From: Paludibacteraceae bacterium
GTDB taxonomy: Bacteria; Bacteroidota; Bacteroidia; Bacteroidales; Paludibacteraceae
Direction of reading: 5' to 3'
Assembly (NCBI GenBank): GCA_045118535.1
Contig: JBGUYG010000030.1
Span: forward strand, 1 to 63,038
Length of the DNA: 63,038 nt
In this document: in pieces, positions 1 to 9,124 of the stretch
Numbering within the stretch: position 1 is the stretch's first letter
Layout: each line of letters starts with the position of its first letter
Program-made: the position numbers and the translations under genes
Notes under the pieces: model-generated
Databases searched by the model: none
Told to the model about the DNA's origin: nothing
The model's input: the letters and a program-made list of their open reading frames with translations, nothing else

Positions 1-10
1 ACGATTTCAT

Positions 11-83
11 CGAGAAGTAGCGCAGTTGGTAGCGCACCACGTTCGGGACGTGGGGGTCGGGCGTTCGAGTCGCCTCTTCTCGA
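11..83 (+). tRNA. tRNA-Pro (anticodon CGG)
   Basis: Full cloverleaf read by hand. Acceptor CGAGAAG/CTTCTCG, D-arm GCGC-AGTTGGTA-GCGC, anticodon arm CCACG-TTCGGGA-CGTGG (CGG), T-arm GGGCG-TTCGAGT-CGCCT, discriminator A. The C1-G72 start is typical of bacterial tRNA-Pro. CCA is not encoded. Confidence 0.9.
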
Positions 84-96
84 CAAAAGAAATTTA

Positions 97-444
97 TTAT
101 TTGTAGATATATAAATCGGCTATTATCGTATAGCAGGTGGAACCCCCTAATTCTTCATTCGGTTCTTTTATTTGAACAATGTATGCAATATCTGCTCCTG
201 CTTTTGATGCCTCTTGGAGAACCGTTTGTATACATGCTTCATAAGTACATTCTCTTGTTAATGTAAATCCAGAATCACTTAATGTAATGGAACCGATACG
301 TACAATTCCTTCTGGTAATGATTGGTTAGAATGAATAATTTGCACATTTGCTTTTGGTGGGTATTTTCCATAAATGTTTATGTTTTTCTTAATACCACAT
401 GATGTTAGCATTACTGCGATTAGTAAAAAAAAGAGTTTTTTCAT
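97..444 (-). CDS. small lipoprotein, function unknown
   Basis: The internal ATG at 444 gives MKKLFFLLIAVMLTSC, a lipobox signal peptide. The longer 145-aa ORF extension overlaps the upstream gene end. The gene is AT-rich and starts 5 nt after the stop of the upstream frame. Confidence 0.6.
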   Translation of the reverse strand: MKKLFFLLIAVMLTSCGIKKNINIYGKYPPKANVQIIHSNQSLPEGIVRIGSITLSDSGFTLTRECTYEACIQTVLQEASKAGADIAYIVQIKEPNEELGGSTCYTIIADLYIYK

Positions 445-448
445 ATAA

Positions 449-1490
449 TTATGATTTTTGTTCCCAATAAATGATATTTTTGAACTGGTCAAGTTTTTGT
501 TGCCCTTTTTGTCTATCGTAAAAAAAGTTTTCACAAGGACATTGTCGCCTTCCTAATCGACACACTTTGTTTCTCATTCCGCGAAAGTTTGAAATAAAAA
601 AGTTCTTACATAAATAATACTCAGGTATAGTACATCCATGTTCATTACATTTAATGTAAAAAAATACGTTCCAATTTTTCGGTAAAATCGATGTCGGAAA
701 TATAATTTCGTATTCACTTTTTTTGTCATATTGTAATCCTTCGCTACATAATGTCTCGTCTGTTACGATAACTTTTTTGAATATGCCTGGCAGTAGTTTT
801 ACATGTTTGAATTTTCGGCTGGGCTCTATTTCAATTGTTCGTTTGAAATTAAAAAAGCGGATAGGTAACTTTTCGTCATCACTTTCGATTAAAGGACGTT
901 TAGTATCTTCCTCGCAAGTGATTTTAATCTCAATAATGCGACCTCCATTTTGTTTTTTTATCTTCTGTGCACTCGTGATTTACCCATATTTCAATGCAAA
1001 TAGGTGGTATGCTTTCATCTTGACTATTCGTTAAAATGAGGTCAGCGATATACTTTTTTCTCCCGTCAGGTAATTCTTGGTAATATCCTTTTTCTGCGGT
1101 ACAAGTGTCGTAATACTTTTTCAAATCCAACTGTTCTTTACTATCATATGCACATTCCTCCCATTGAAATTGAGTAGCGAATTTACACGTATGTTTATGT
1201 TTGCAAATTTTGGTAGTATTGTATTCTACGATAAAATGTTCGTTTTCATCAAAGCGTTGTTTTATAGTTGCTTTGGCAAATTCGTGCAAATATTTATTTG
1301 GGTCGCAACGGGTATCTTCCTTGTGGCGAAAATGGTGTTCTCTTATATCTCCTAAAACAGGGACCAATTCTTTTCCACAGCCATAACAATGAAAACGAAA
1401 AGATCTTCTATTCTCTTGCGAAACGTTATCAATATAAATAGGTTTTCCGTCTTCATTGATAGCGAATGGATATTTAAGCTGTTTTATCAT
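449..1490 (-). pseudogene. CoiA-like / PD-(D/E)XK nuclease with N-terminal Zn finger, reading frame broken at an A7 run
   Basis: The N-terminal part (930..1490) has CYGCG...HHFRH and D...IEIW motifs, reminiscent of competence CoiA-like nucleases. It stops just after the homopolymer at 953-959 (T7 on +). Removing one base gives ...ECTEDKKQNGGRIIEIKITCEED... and a further ~160 stop-free codons ending at 449. The start ATG overlaps the sufD stop (TGATG). Confidence 0.55.
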
Positions 1491-2128
1491 CAATATGCCA
1501 ATTTATCTAATTCTTTTTCTATCTCCGTTTGATATTCCTTTGGCAACGTCTCAATTATCTCATGATAAAACGCCCGAATGAGCATTTTTTCGGCGGTTGG
1601 GCGAGCGATACCGCGTTGCAGGAAATAAAATAGCATGTTTTCATCAAAAGCCCCCGTACTTGCTCCGTGAGAGGCTTGCACGTCATCGGCATAGATTTCC
1701 AACTGCGGTTGGGTTTGCACCTTCGCTTGCGGACTTAACAGGATATTTTTGTTCGTCTGCTGAGCCACAATCTTTTGGGCGTTGGGAGCCACGTACACTT
1801 TGCCCAGAAACGAAAAACTCGCCGTGTCGGTTAACACATATTTCAGCAACTGCTCCGAATGTCCCCACGGACAGTTATGCAACACGTTGGAAACGAAATT
1901 TATTTGTTGGTTTTGCTGCAAATAACCCATTGCGAAGAGTTGCACTTGACTATTTTTGCCTACCTGTTCGACCACCACGTTGCGGCTCACGTGGACGGCT
2001 TGCGGAAAAAGATCGATGAAATGGACACAAATCGACGATTCCTCGTTTTGAACGATGCGGATTTGTTCTTCCGTCGAATTGAGCAACACCACATTTTTCG
2101 TCTCGTTTTTGTTAATGATTAGTTCCAT
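1490..2128 (-). CDS. sufD: Fe-S cluster assembly protein SufD (short, 212 aa)
   Basis: The C-terminal SufD signature (...QLEIYADDVQASHGASTGAFDENMLFYFLQRGI...) is present, and the gene overlaps the sufC end by 17 nt. It is shorter than typical (~430 aa) SufD proteins. Confidence 0.8.
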   Translation of the reverse strand: MELIINKNETKNVVLLNSTEEQIRIVQNEESSICVHFIDLFPQAVHVSRNVVVEQVGKNSQVQLFAMGYLQQNQQINFVSNVLHNCPWGHSEQLLKYVLTDTASFSFLGKVYVAPNAQKIVAQQTNKNILLSPQAKVQTQPQLEIYADDVQASHGASTGAFDENMLFYFLQRGIARPTAEKMLIRAFYHEIIETLPKEYQTEIEKELDKLAY

Positions 2129-2873
2129 TGTTCAAAAAAGCGAATCCTTCATTTTCAATTTTTGTAGCCAACGTCTTGTCGCCCGTCTGGATGATTTTTC
2201 CGTCTGCCAAGATATGCACAAAATCGGGCACAATGTACTCCAACAGACGCTGATAGTGCGTAACGATGATGAACGAGTTGTCGTCCGTTTTGATTTTATT
2301 GATGCCATTTGCCACGATTCGCAACGCATCAACGTCCAATCCCGAGTCGGTTTCGTCCAAAATCGCCAGTGTGGGTTCGAGCATCGCCATCTGAAAAATC
2401 TCGTTGCGTTTTTTCTCGCCACCCGAAAAGCCCTCGTTTACCGAACGTTTGACAAATTTGCTATCTAATTCTACGAATGCCCGCTTTTCTTTCATCAGTT
2501 TGAGGAAATCACTCGCACTCATTTTTTCTTGCTGCAAATGCTCTCTTTTGGCGTTTATCGCAGCCAACATAAAATTATTCATCGAAACGCCCGGAATCTC
2601 AATGGGGTATTGAAAACTCAAAAAAAGTCCCTCGCGTGCCCGAATCTCCGGTTCCATCGACAATAAATCTTGATTTTTGTACACAATGCTTCCGCTCGTA
2701 ACTTCGTAGGCAGGATTGCCCGTCAGAATCGCTCCCAACGTGGATTTACCCGCACCATTTTGTCCCATGATAGCGTGTACTTCGCCGTAGTTGATGGTCA
2801 GGTTTAAGCCCTTCAAAATCTCGGTTCCATTGACGGAAGCGTGCAAATCGGTTATTTTTAATAATTCTTTCAT
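2112..2873 (-). CDS. sufC: Fe-S cluster assembly ATPase SufC
   Basis: Walker A GQNGAGKST, ABC signature FSGGEKKR and Walker B LAILDETDSGLD match the typical SufC sequence and length (253 aa). Confidence 0.95.
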   Translation of the reverse strand: MKELLKITDLHASVNGTEILKGLNLTINYGEVHAIMGQNGAGKSTLGAILTGNPAYEVTSGSIVYKNQDLLSMEPEIRAREGLFLSFQYPIEIPGVSMNNFMLAAINAKREHLQQEKMSASDFLKLMKEKRAFVELDSKFVKRSVNEGFSGGEKKRNEIFQMAMLEPTLAILDETDSGLDVDALRIVANGINKIKTDDNSFIIVTHYQRLLEYIVPDFVHILADGKIIQTGDKTLATKIENEGFAFLNNGTNH

Positions 2874-2874
2874 C

Positions 2875-3861
2875 TTAATTCAAAATAGTATATAAAACGG
2901 TTTTGCCAACGGCTTCTAAGGTTTGTTTGTTGATGTTTCGCATGTCGTCTTTTTGCGTGTGCCAATACTCCACGAAACTTTTGGTTGTGTTCGCGTCTTT
3001 CATAAACCCTTCGTAATGGATAATATCCACGCACGGAATGTTTGCACGAACGTTGATGTAGTAGTGGTCATCGGTTACAGGATACGCCAATTCATCGACA
3101 AAATACTGCGAAAAGCCCAACTTTTTTGCGTTGTGCCAAATTTTATCCACATACGGCGAAGCGTACTGCATCGAGAAATACTCTTTCGGGAAAATCGCGT
3201 TGTGGTCACCGACCATATCCAATAAGATGCCGTATTGTATCTTGTCTTGGTTGTAATGTGCCCACAGTTGGCTTCCCAAGCACCACGAGTCCTCTAAGGG
3301 TTGTTCGGTGTGGAAGCGAGGTGTTCCCATATCTTCGCAATCAAAGAGGGCGATAAAGACATTTTTCTGCGGTTTCATCAGTGAAATCTGCCGAGCCACT
3401 TCCAACACTACTCCCACGCCACTTGCTCCGTCGTTCGCACCCAAGATAGGTTCAAAACGGTCTTCGTACTCCTCTTCTTCGTCTGCCCAAGGTCGCGTAT
3501 CGTAGTGGGCACAAAGCAAGATGTTCTCTTTTTGGCTTTCGGTGCCTTCGTAACGGGCTAAGATGTTGCGGACAGGTTGCATTTTGTTGGCATAATTGTT
3601 CACTTCGTCTTCTTGCAGTTCCACTTGCCAGCCCCACGAAGTTAATTTGGCTACCAAGTAGTTCAAACACTGCTCGTGTGCTTCGGTTTCGGGTACTCGC
3701 GGACCGAACGCCACTTGGTCAAAAACGTAAGAAAACGCCGAATCCATCGAGAAACTGATTTCTATTTGCGAAGGAGGTGTGTTTTTTTTACGAGCATTGC
3801 CATTCGCACAACCAATAAAGGCGAATAACAGCACTAAATACAATATATTTTTACTTTTCAT
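2875..3861 (-). CDS. M28-family peptidase / bacterial glutaminyl-cyclase-like lipoprotein
   Basis: Lipoprotein signal LLFAFIGC. M28 metal-site motifs are LLCAHYDTRPWAD and GANDGASGVGVVLE. Size and motifs resemble Bacteroidales glutaminyl cyclases. Confidence 0.75.
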   Translation of the reverse strand: MKSKNILYLVLLFAFIGCANGNARKKNTPPSQIEISFSMDSAFSYVFDQVAFGPRVPETEAHEQCLNYLVAKLTSWGWQVELQEDEVNNYANKMQPVRNILARYEGTESQKENILLCAHYDTRPWADEEEEYEDRFEPILGANDGASGVGVVLEVARQISLMKPQKNVFIALFDCEDMGTPRFHTEQPLEDSWCLGSQLWAHYNQDKIQYGILLDMVGDHNAIFPKEYFSMQYASPYVDKIWHNAKKLGFSQYFVDELAYPVTDDHYYINVRANIPCVDIIHYEGFMKDANTTKSFVEYWHTQKDDMRNINKQTLEAVGKTVLYTILN

Positions 3862-3862
3862 C

Positions 3863-4825
3863 TTAGTGTATATTCAGTTCGCTGACGCTTCGATGTTCTT
3901 GGATTGCGGAAATGGTTTGTGCGATGATTTCAGCCACCGAAACGATATGCACTTTACTGCATCGCGAAGCATCAAACGGCACGGTATCGGTGAAAACTAA
4001 CTTCGTCAATTCCGATGCCTCAATACGTTCGCAGGCTGGACCCGACATGATGCCGTGCGTAACCATCGCCATAACCGATAAAGCGCCTTGCTTCATCATC
4101 GTTTGAGCCGCTAAACAGAGCGTGCCTGCCGTGTCAGCAATATCGTCCACAATGATCACATTTTTGCCTTTGACATCACCCAAAATGTTGATTTCACCGA
4201 CTTGATTATACTTCGGACGGCTTTTGTAGCAAATCACCATCGGCATATCTTTGTGGGTGAGTTGATGGATTTTTTTTACAAACGCCGAAGCACGTTTGGA
4301 GCCACCGACATCAGGCGAAGCAAAAATGTAATTGTCCAAATCATAATCCACGATATAATTCGCCAACTGGTTGGACGCGTACAGGTTATCCACCGGAATA
4401 TCAAAAAAAGCCTCGATTTGTTCGGCGTGCAAGTCCACCGTAATGATTCGGTCGGCACCCGCTTTTTGAATGATGTTGGCGACTAATTTTGCTCCGACAG
4501 AGACGCGTGGCTTGTCTTTTCGGTCTTGCCGAGCCCATCCGAAGTAGGGAATGATGGCAATGACTTTGTACGCACTCGCCCGTTTCGCCGCATCAATCAT
4601 GAGCAACAACTCCATGAGGTTATCGCTTGAAGGACGCGTACTTTGGACTAAATACACGGTTTTTCCACGAACCGATTCTTCGTACGACACGGCAAACTCG
4701 CCATCGGAGAAACGGTCAATTTTCACTTTACCAAGGCTACAGCCAAGGTAGTCGCAGATACGCTGTGCAATGCCTTCGCCTTGCGTACCAGCAAAGATTT
4801 TAAAAGGGGTTACTTCCTCAATCAT
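3863..4825 (-). CDS. prs: ribose-phosphate pyrophosphokinase
   Basis: PRPP synthetase motifs are present (FSDGE, DLHAEQI, VIIVDDIADTAGTL). The ORF-track start at 4855 is GTG, and ATG at 4825 (MIEEVTPFKIF) gives a typical length. Confidence 0.93.
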   Translation of the reverse strand: MIEEVTPFKIFAGTQGEGIAQRICDYLGCSLGKVKIDRFSDGEFAVSYEESVRGKTVYLVQSTRPSSDNLMELLLMIDAAKRASAYKVIAIIPYFGWARQDRKDKPRVSVGAKLVANIIQKAGADRIITVDLHAEQIEAFFDIPVDNLYASNQLANYIVDYDLDNYIFASPDVGGSKRASAFVKKIHQLTHKDMPMVICYKSRPKYNQVGEINILGDVKGKNVIIVDDIADTAGTLCLAAQTMMKQGALSVMAMVTHGIMSGPACERIEASELTKLVFTDTVPFDASRCSKVHIVSVAEIIAQTISAIQEHRSVSELNIH

Positions 4826-4930
4826 GATTTTGTTGAAATAAAAAACATTTTCCACAAAGTTACTTTTTTTTCTTTTCTAAACAAAATCGGTTAAGATTTT
4901 ATATCTTCGTTGCAAAATTATTTTTCCGTT

Positions 4931-5884
4931 ATGACCAACAAAGAGAAATATCGCCAGTTTTGCGAGCAAAATGATGTGCCTGTTTTTATGCAACCGTGGT
5001 GGATGGAAGCCGTGTGTGCAGGGAAGGATTGGGACGTGCTGCTCAGTGAAAATCATGAGAAAAAAATCCGTGCCGTGATGCCTTTTTTGATACGCGAACG
5101 ATGGCATGTGAAGTATATTGTGATGCCCAAGCAAACGCAAGTGGGAGGCATTTGGGTGAGCGATGACGTGCAAGATACCGTTGAAATGGAGGCTATTTGC
5201 ACCGAATTTAAGCGAAAAATTGACGAGATGGGCTTGAGTTATTACTACCAGCAGTTCCCGATTTATAGTCCGTGCATTCCGATTTTGCAGAAGTTGGGCA
5301 TGAAAACCGCCAAACGTATCACGTACCGATTGGACGATTTGAGCGACCTGGACGAAGTGATTGACGGCTTTTCCAAAAATAAAAAACGGCAGTTGGTGAA
5401 AGCTGCGGCATTGAGCGTGGATTATACGATGGAAGCGGAAGAATTTTATCGTTTTCATGTGCAATGTATGGCAGAAAAAGGAAGGCGAATCAGTTATAGT
5501 CGGGAGTTTTTCTTGGTGTTGTATCTCAAAGCGATGCGTCAGAACTGCGGACAGATTATTTGCCTCAAAAATACCGAACAAGAAGTGGTTGCGGCTGCGT
5601 TCGTGGTGTGGGATAAGTGGCATTTGTACTACTTGATTCCGTGCTTTTCACAAAAATATAAAAATTCGGGTGCAGGGGCATTGTTGGCGTTGGAATCGAT
5701 AAAATTGGCAAAAAAAATGGGACGTTCGTTTGACTTTGAAGGTAGTAACGACCGAAACATCGCCAACCATTACCAGCAGTTTGGCAGTACACCGACCGTT
5801 TATTATGCGGTTTACAAGTACTATAATCCACTGTTTGCGATTGCGTTGCTGATAAATAGAATCCGAAATTGGAAAGTGTGGTGA
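4931..5884 (+). CDS. FemAB-like / GNAT-fold acyltransferase (BioF2-like family)
   Basis: Family-like sequence (PVFMQPWWMEAV..., ...YYLIPCFSQKYKNSGAGALLALESI...). The track start at 4910 is TTG, and the first ATG is 4931. The stop overlaps the next start (TGATG). Confidence 0.6.
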   Translation: MTNKEKYRQFCEQNDVPVFMQPWWMEAVCAGKDWDVLLSENHEKKIRAVMPFLIRERWHVKYIVMPKQTQVGGIWVSDDVQDTVEMEAICTEFKRKIDEMGLSYYYQQFPIYSPCIPILQKLGMKTAKRITYRLDDLSDLDEVIDGFSKNKKRQLVKAAALSVDYTMEAEEFYRFHVQCMAEKGRRISYSREFFLVLYLKAMRQNCGQIICLKNTEQEVVAAAFVVWDKWHLYYLIPCFSQKYKNSGAGALLALESIKLAKKMGRSFDFEGSNDRNIANHYQQFGSTPTVYYAVYKYYNPLFAIALLINRIRNWKVW

Positions 5885-7077
5885 TGCGTTATGTCCTCTT
5901 TTTGACCGAATGGTATCCGAATCGCACGGACGCAATGGCTGGACTTTTTGTGCAAAAACACGCCCAAGCGGTTGTTAGGCAGGGTTGTAAGGTGGTGGTT
6001 TTGTATTTTCATCCGATGGCTTCGGGGAAAGGTGGCTTGCAAGGTGCAGGTTCGCGTTCGGCTGAGGTAGGCAAGTCGGGCTTTTTGCAGCAAAGTTTTT
6101 CTTATGAAATCCACGAGCAAGACGGTTTGACGGAGATTATTTTTTATTATCCTGCGGGTCTTTGGAACTATTTGCGGACGGTGCGATTTGCGTTGAAATC
6201 GTTGAAAAATGAATATGGTTTGCCGAGTTGTTGTCAGGTGAATGTGCTTTCCAAAAATGCTTGGATTGCGTATTTTTTCTGGAAAAAGTATGGTGTGCCG
6301 TATTTTATTTTGGAGCATTGGAGCGGTTATTTGCCCCAAAATGGCGATTTTGCGAGGTATAATGCGTTGAAAAAAGGGTGTTATCGTTTTTTGGCGAGGC
6401 AGGCGAAGTGTGTGGCAACCGTGTCGCAGAGTTTGGAAGAGGCGATGAAAAGGCAGGGCTTCAAGGCACAGCGTTGGGAGCGGATTAACAATGTGGTGGA
6501 CGATTTCTTTTTTGCGGACTATACGCCGTGTGTTGGCGAGAAGAAGCGGATTTTGAACGTAAATTGTTTTAACGAAAAGGCGAAAAATATCAAGGGACTG
6601 TTGCGTGGCATCAAGGAGGTGAGCGAAAAACGGAATGATTTTGAGCTGGTTATTGTGGGAACGGGCGAAGATTTTGCGGAGGTGAAGCGTTATTCGCAGC
6701 AACTTGAATTGTCCGATGAAATCGTGCATTTTGTGGGGGAGCAAACTCCGCAACAAGTGTGCGAATGGGTGCAAAAAAGTTATTTTTTCACCCTCTTCTC
6801 AAATTACGAGACGGCAGGGGTTGTGTTGTGCGAATGTTTGGCAGTTGGTTTACCGATTTTGGCTACCAGAGTGGGAATTGCTCCAGAAATTATCAACGAA
6901 GAAAACGGCATTTTGATGGAAGTTGGGGACGAAAAAGCCCTTGTGCAAAACATACATTATTTGTTAGACCATTGCGACCGCTACGACCGAGCAAAAATTC
7001 GCAAATACGGGAAACCATTTTCGTTTGATTGGGTTGGGAAGAGGTTGGTGGAGGTGTATGAACAGATTAGTATGTGA
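5884..7077 (+). CDS. glycosyltransferase family 4 (GT-B fold)
   Basis: N-terminal MRYVLFLTEWYP...GLFVQKHA and a C-terminal Glycos_transf_1-like E...FFTLFSNYETAGVVLCECLAVGLPILATRVG motif. ATG 5884 overlaps the upstream stop. Confidence 0.85.
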   Translation: MRYVLFLTEWYPNRTDAMAGLFVQKHAQAVVRQGCKVVVLYFHPMASGKGGLQGAGSRSAEVGKSGFLQQSFSYEIHEQDGLTEIIFYYPAGLWNYLRTVRFALKSLKNEYGLPSCCQVNVLSKNAWIAYFFWKKYGVPYFILEHWSGYLPQNGDFARYNALKKGCYRFLARQAKCVATVSQSLEEAMKRQGFKAQRWERINNVVDDFFFADYTPCVGEKKRILNVNCFNEKAKNIKGLLRGIKEVSEKRNDFELVIVGTGEDFAEVKRYSQQLELSDEIVHFVGEQTPQQVCEWVQKSYFFTLFSNYETAGVVLCECLAVGLPILATRVGIAPEIINEENGILMEVGDEKALVQNIHYLLDHCDRYDRAKIRKYGKPFSFDWVGKRLVEVYEQISM

Positions 7078-7140
7078 GATTCTTTTAGCAAGACTATTTT
7101 TTTGTAAAATGAAAATCTTGCGTAATTGTGGAATTTTTGC

Positions 7141-7148
7141 TACTTTTG
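7141..7148 (+). promoter_or_regulatory. Bacteroidota -7 promoter box TACTTTTG
   Basis: An exact TAnnTTTG match lies 20 nt upstream of the dam-remnant ATG. It could drive the remnant plus the R-M genes. Confidence 0.35.
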
Positions 7149-7167
7149 CAACATAAAATGAATTACA

Positions 7168-7329
7168 ATGAAAGCAAAACCATTCGTCAAATGGGTAGGT
7201 GGAAAAAGCCAACTCATTGAACAACTTGAAGCACTGCTTCCTGCTGACTTTGACCAATGGGAGAATGTAACTTACATTGAGCCGTTTGTGGGTGGTGGAG
7301 CGATGCTCTTTTATACACGAATAAAATAA
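7168..7329 (+). pseudogene. N-terminal remnant (53 codons) of a Dam-type (D12 class) N6-adenine DNA methyltransferase
   Basis: Translates to MKAKPFVKWVGGKSQLIEQLEALLPADFDQWENVTYIEPFVGGGAMLFYTRIK*. It carries the KW(V/A)GGK and EPFxGGG (motif I) signatures, then terminates. No remainder of the gene is found downstream. Confidence 0.7.
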
Positions 7330-7341
7330 AACTTAAAAATT

Positions 7342-8229
7342 ATGGCAACAAATTCTTCTAAAACAAAAACTAAAAATAAAGCAAAAAGTGTAATAAATAA
7401 CCTTTTTAATTCTACTGGCAATACACCAAGCGTAAAAAGTCAAGTAATTGAAGAACTTTTCAGGCTATGTCGTGCAAAAAAGAATTATCGTTTTCATAAT
7501 AACCTTGTGAAGGAGGTTTCGGCAAAATTAGGGTTTGGCAATCCATTTGATGTAACCAAGCTGGATAATAAATCAAAATTACCTCCTTTGCTAATAGAAA
7601 ATGATTATGCTATTGTACACTTAGGAAGTGGCGAACACATGTTTGTCAAGGGGATAAATAAATTTTATCATGATTTTGAACCAATTAAAACTACTATTCG
7701 TTGGGAATATCGAAAAAGTATTTTGAATCAGTTCGATACAAGTGAGAGTAATATACTTTCTGTCGCCAACAATCAACGAATATTACATCATTTTTTATTT
7801 GGGAAGGATACCGAATTTGATGATGTGGAAATAATCAAACGTCCTAAAACATATTTTCCTCATCGTACAAAAACTTCGTTTGAATATACTATCGGTGGGG
7901 CTCATAAAATTCAATTGGAAAATATCCAAATTGAAATTGACCTAACAATCGAATATCAAGGAGTTGTTGGCGTTTTTGAGGCTAAAAACGGCAAACCGGA
8001 TAATTTTTCCGTATATCAACTTTATCATCCATTCCTTTATTTCTACAATGCTAATAAGGATAAAACTGTAAATGGTCAGATAAAGAAAATTTTTGGAGTT
8101 TACCTTGTGCGTGAAAAACATACCGATGGTGATATTCTCAAACTTTGGGCGTATACTTTTACACGACCAACCGATATAACTTCAATAAAATTTGTAAAGT
8201 CAAGAGCATATAAACTAGTAAGTCGTTAA
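7342..8229 (+). CDS. putative type II restriction endonuclease (PD-(D/E)XK)
   Basis: A 295-aa AT-rich ORF ends 2 nt before the methyltransferase gene. The candidate catalytic motif is IEIDL-x13-FEAKNGK. I recognise no other family. Confidence 0.55.
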   Translation: MATNSSKTKTKNKAKSVINNLFNSTGNTPSVKSQVIEELFRLCRAKKNYRFHNNLVKEVSAKLGFGNPFDVTKLDNKSKLPPLLIENDYAIVHLGSGEHMFVKGINKFYHDFEPIKTTIRWEYRKSILNQFDTSESNILSVANNQRILHHFLFGKDTEFDDVEIIKRPKTYFPHRTKTSFEYTIGGAHKIQLENIQIEIDLTIEYQGVVGVFEAKNGKPDNFSVYQLYHPFLYFYNANKDKTVNGQIKKIFGVYLVREKHTDGDILKLWAYTFTRPTDITSIKFVKSRAYKLVSR

Positions 8230-8231
8230 TT

Positions 8232-9083
8232 ATGTTATCACAATACAGAAACCAAATATTCAACGAAGATGTTATGGCAGTGCTAAAAAGATTGCCAGAT
8301 AATAGTATTGATATGATATATGGGGACCCTGATTATAATGTAGGTATCAATTATGCAGGAAAACATTATACTCAAAAATGGAATGAATATATAGCGTGGT
8401 ATATAGAATTAACTCGTGAATGTATGAGAGTTTTAAAACCAGAGGGAAATTTATTTATGATGAATTATCCTAAGCAAAATGCTTGGTTGAGAGTGAAATA
8501 TCTGGATGAAGCGGCTGTTAATGTGTATGAATATGTATGGATATATAATACCAACGTTGGTCATAGTCCTAAAAAATTCACAACGGCTCATCGTAGTATT
8601 TTACACGCTACAAAAAGTAAAGATAATAAATTTTATAAAGAACAAGTCGCCGTACCATATCAAAATCCTACTGACAAACGAATAATGCAACGAATTGCAG
8701 AAGGAAACATTGGTCGTATGCCATATAGTTGGTTCTATTTTGATTTGGTAAAAAATGTAAGTAAAGATAAAACTTTTCATTCTTGCCAAATACCGCTTAA
8801 ACTTGTTGAAATGTTAATTAAATCTTGTACAAAAGAGAATGATGATATTTTTGTGCTTTTTGGTGGTAGTGGGAGTGAACTTATTTTATGTCAACAACTA
8901 AAACGTAATTTTATTAGTTGTGAATTACATCCTAAATATTTTGAAATGATACAAGACCGCTTGTCAAATGGCGGTGCAATCAGTGATGAATATCGTTTGC
9001 AGTTTGTACAAGAAAAGCAATTGAGTAATAAAAAATCAACAGCACAAGCTCCACAAACAGAATTAGAGATAGCGTTTGTATAG
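8232..9083 (+). CDS. site-specific DNA methyltransferase, beta-class (N6_N4_Mtase family)
   Basis: Motif IV YGDPDYN precedes motif I FVLFGGSGSE, which is the beta permutation. The architecture is ParB-less and typical of type II N6A/N4C enzymes. Confidence 0.85.
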   Translation: MLSQYRNQIFNEDVMAVLKRLPDNSIDMIYGDPDYNVGINYAGKHYTQKWNEYIAWYIELTRECMRVLKPEGNLFMMNYPKQNAWLRVKYLDEAAVNVYEYVWIYNTNVGHSPKKFTTAHRSILHATKSKDNKFYKEQVAVPYQNPTDKRIMQRIAEGNIGRMPYSWFYFDLVKNVSKDKTFHSCQIPLKLVEMLIKSCTKENDDIFVLFGGSGSELILCQQLKRNFISCELHPKYFEMIQDRLSNGGAISDEYRLQFVQEKQLSNKKSTAQAPQTELEIAFV

Positions 9084-9124
9084 ATTAAATTTTTATTACC
9101 TTTGTAAACAAATTTGAAGAAAAT

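Noticed and set aside
723-1034. 103-aa plus-strand ORF
   Set aside because: It is antisense to the stop-free continuation of the CoiA-like frame and has a low-complexity product.
4877-6774. Long antisense ORFs, such as 4877-5623(-) and 5821-6774(-). The same applies to 24092-24850(+), 25284-25892(-), 31572-32195(-), 34536-35321(-), 39749-40450(-), 42294-43187(-), 55071-56174(-), 60855-61586(-) and 61800-62378(-).
   Set aside because: Each lies entirely opposite a gene with clear family motifs. Their products are low-complexity (His/Arg/Gln-rich) with no recognisable domains. They are shadow ORFs of GC-skewed codon usage.
97-9100. Calling the AT-rich islets genomic islands or mobile elements. 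These are 97-1490, 7080-9100, 22400-23260, 36360-38800, 44700-48230 and 52500-53270.
   Set aside because: No integrase, transposase, conjugation gene, terminal inverted repeats or duplicated tRNA 3' ends (att sites) are visible in the window. The composition shift alone supports foreign origin but not a defined mobile element.
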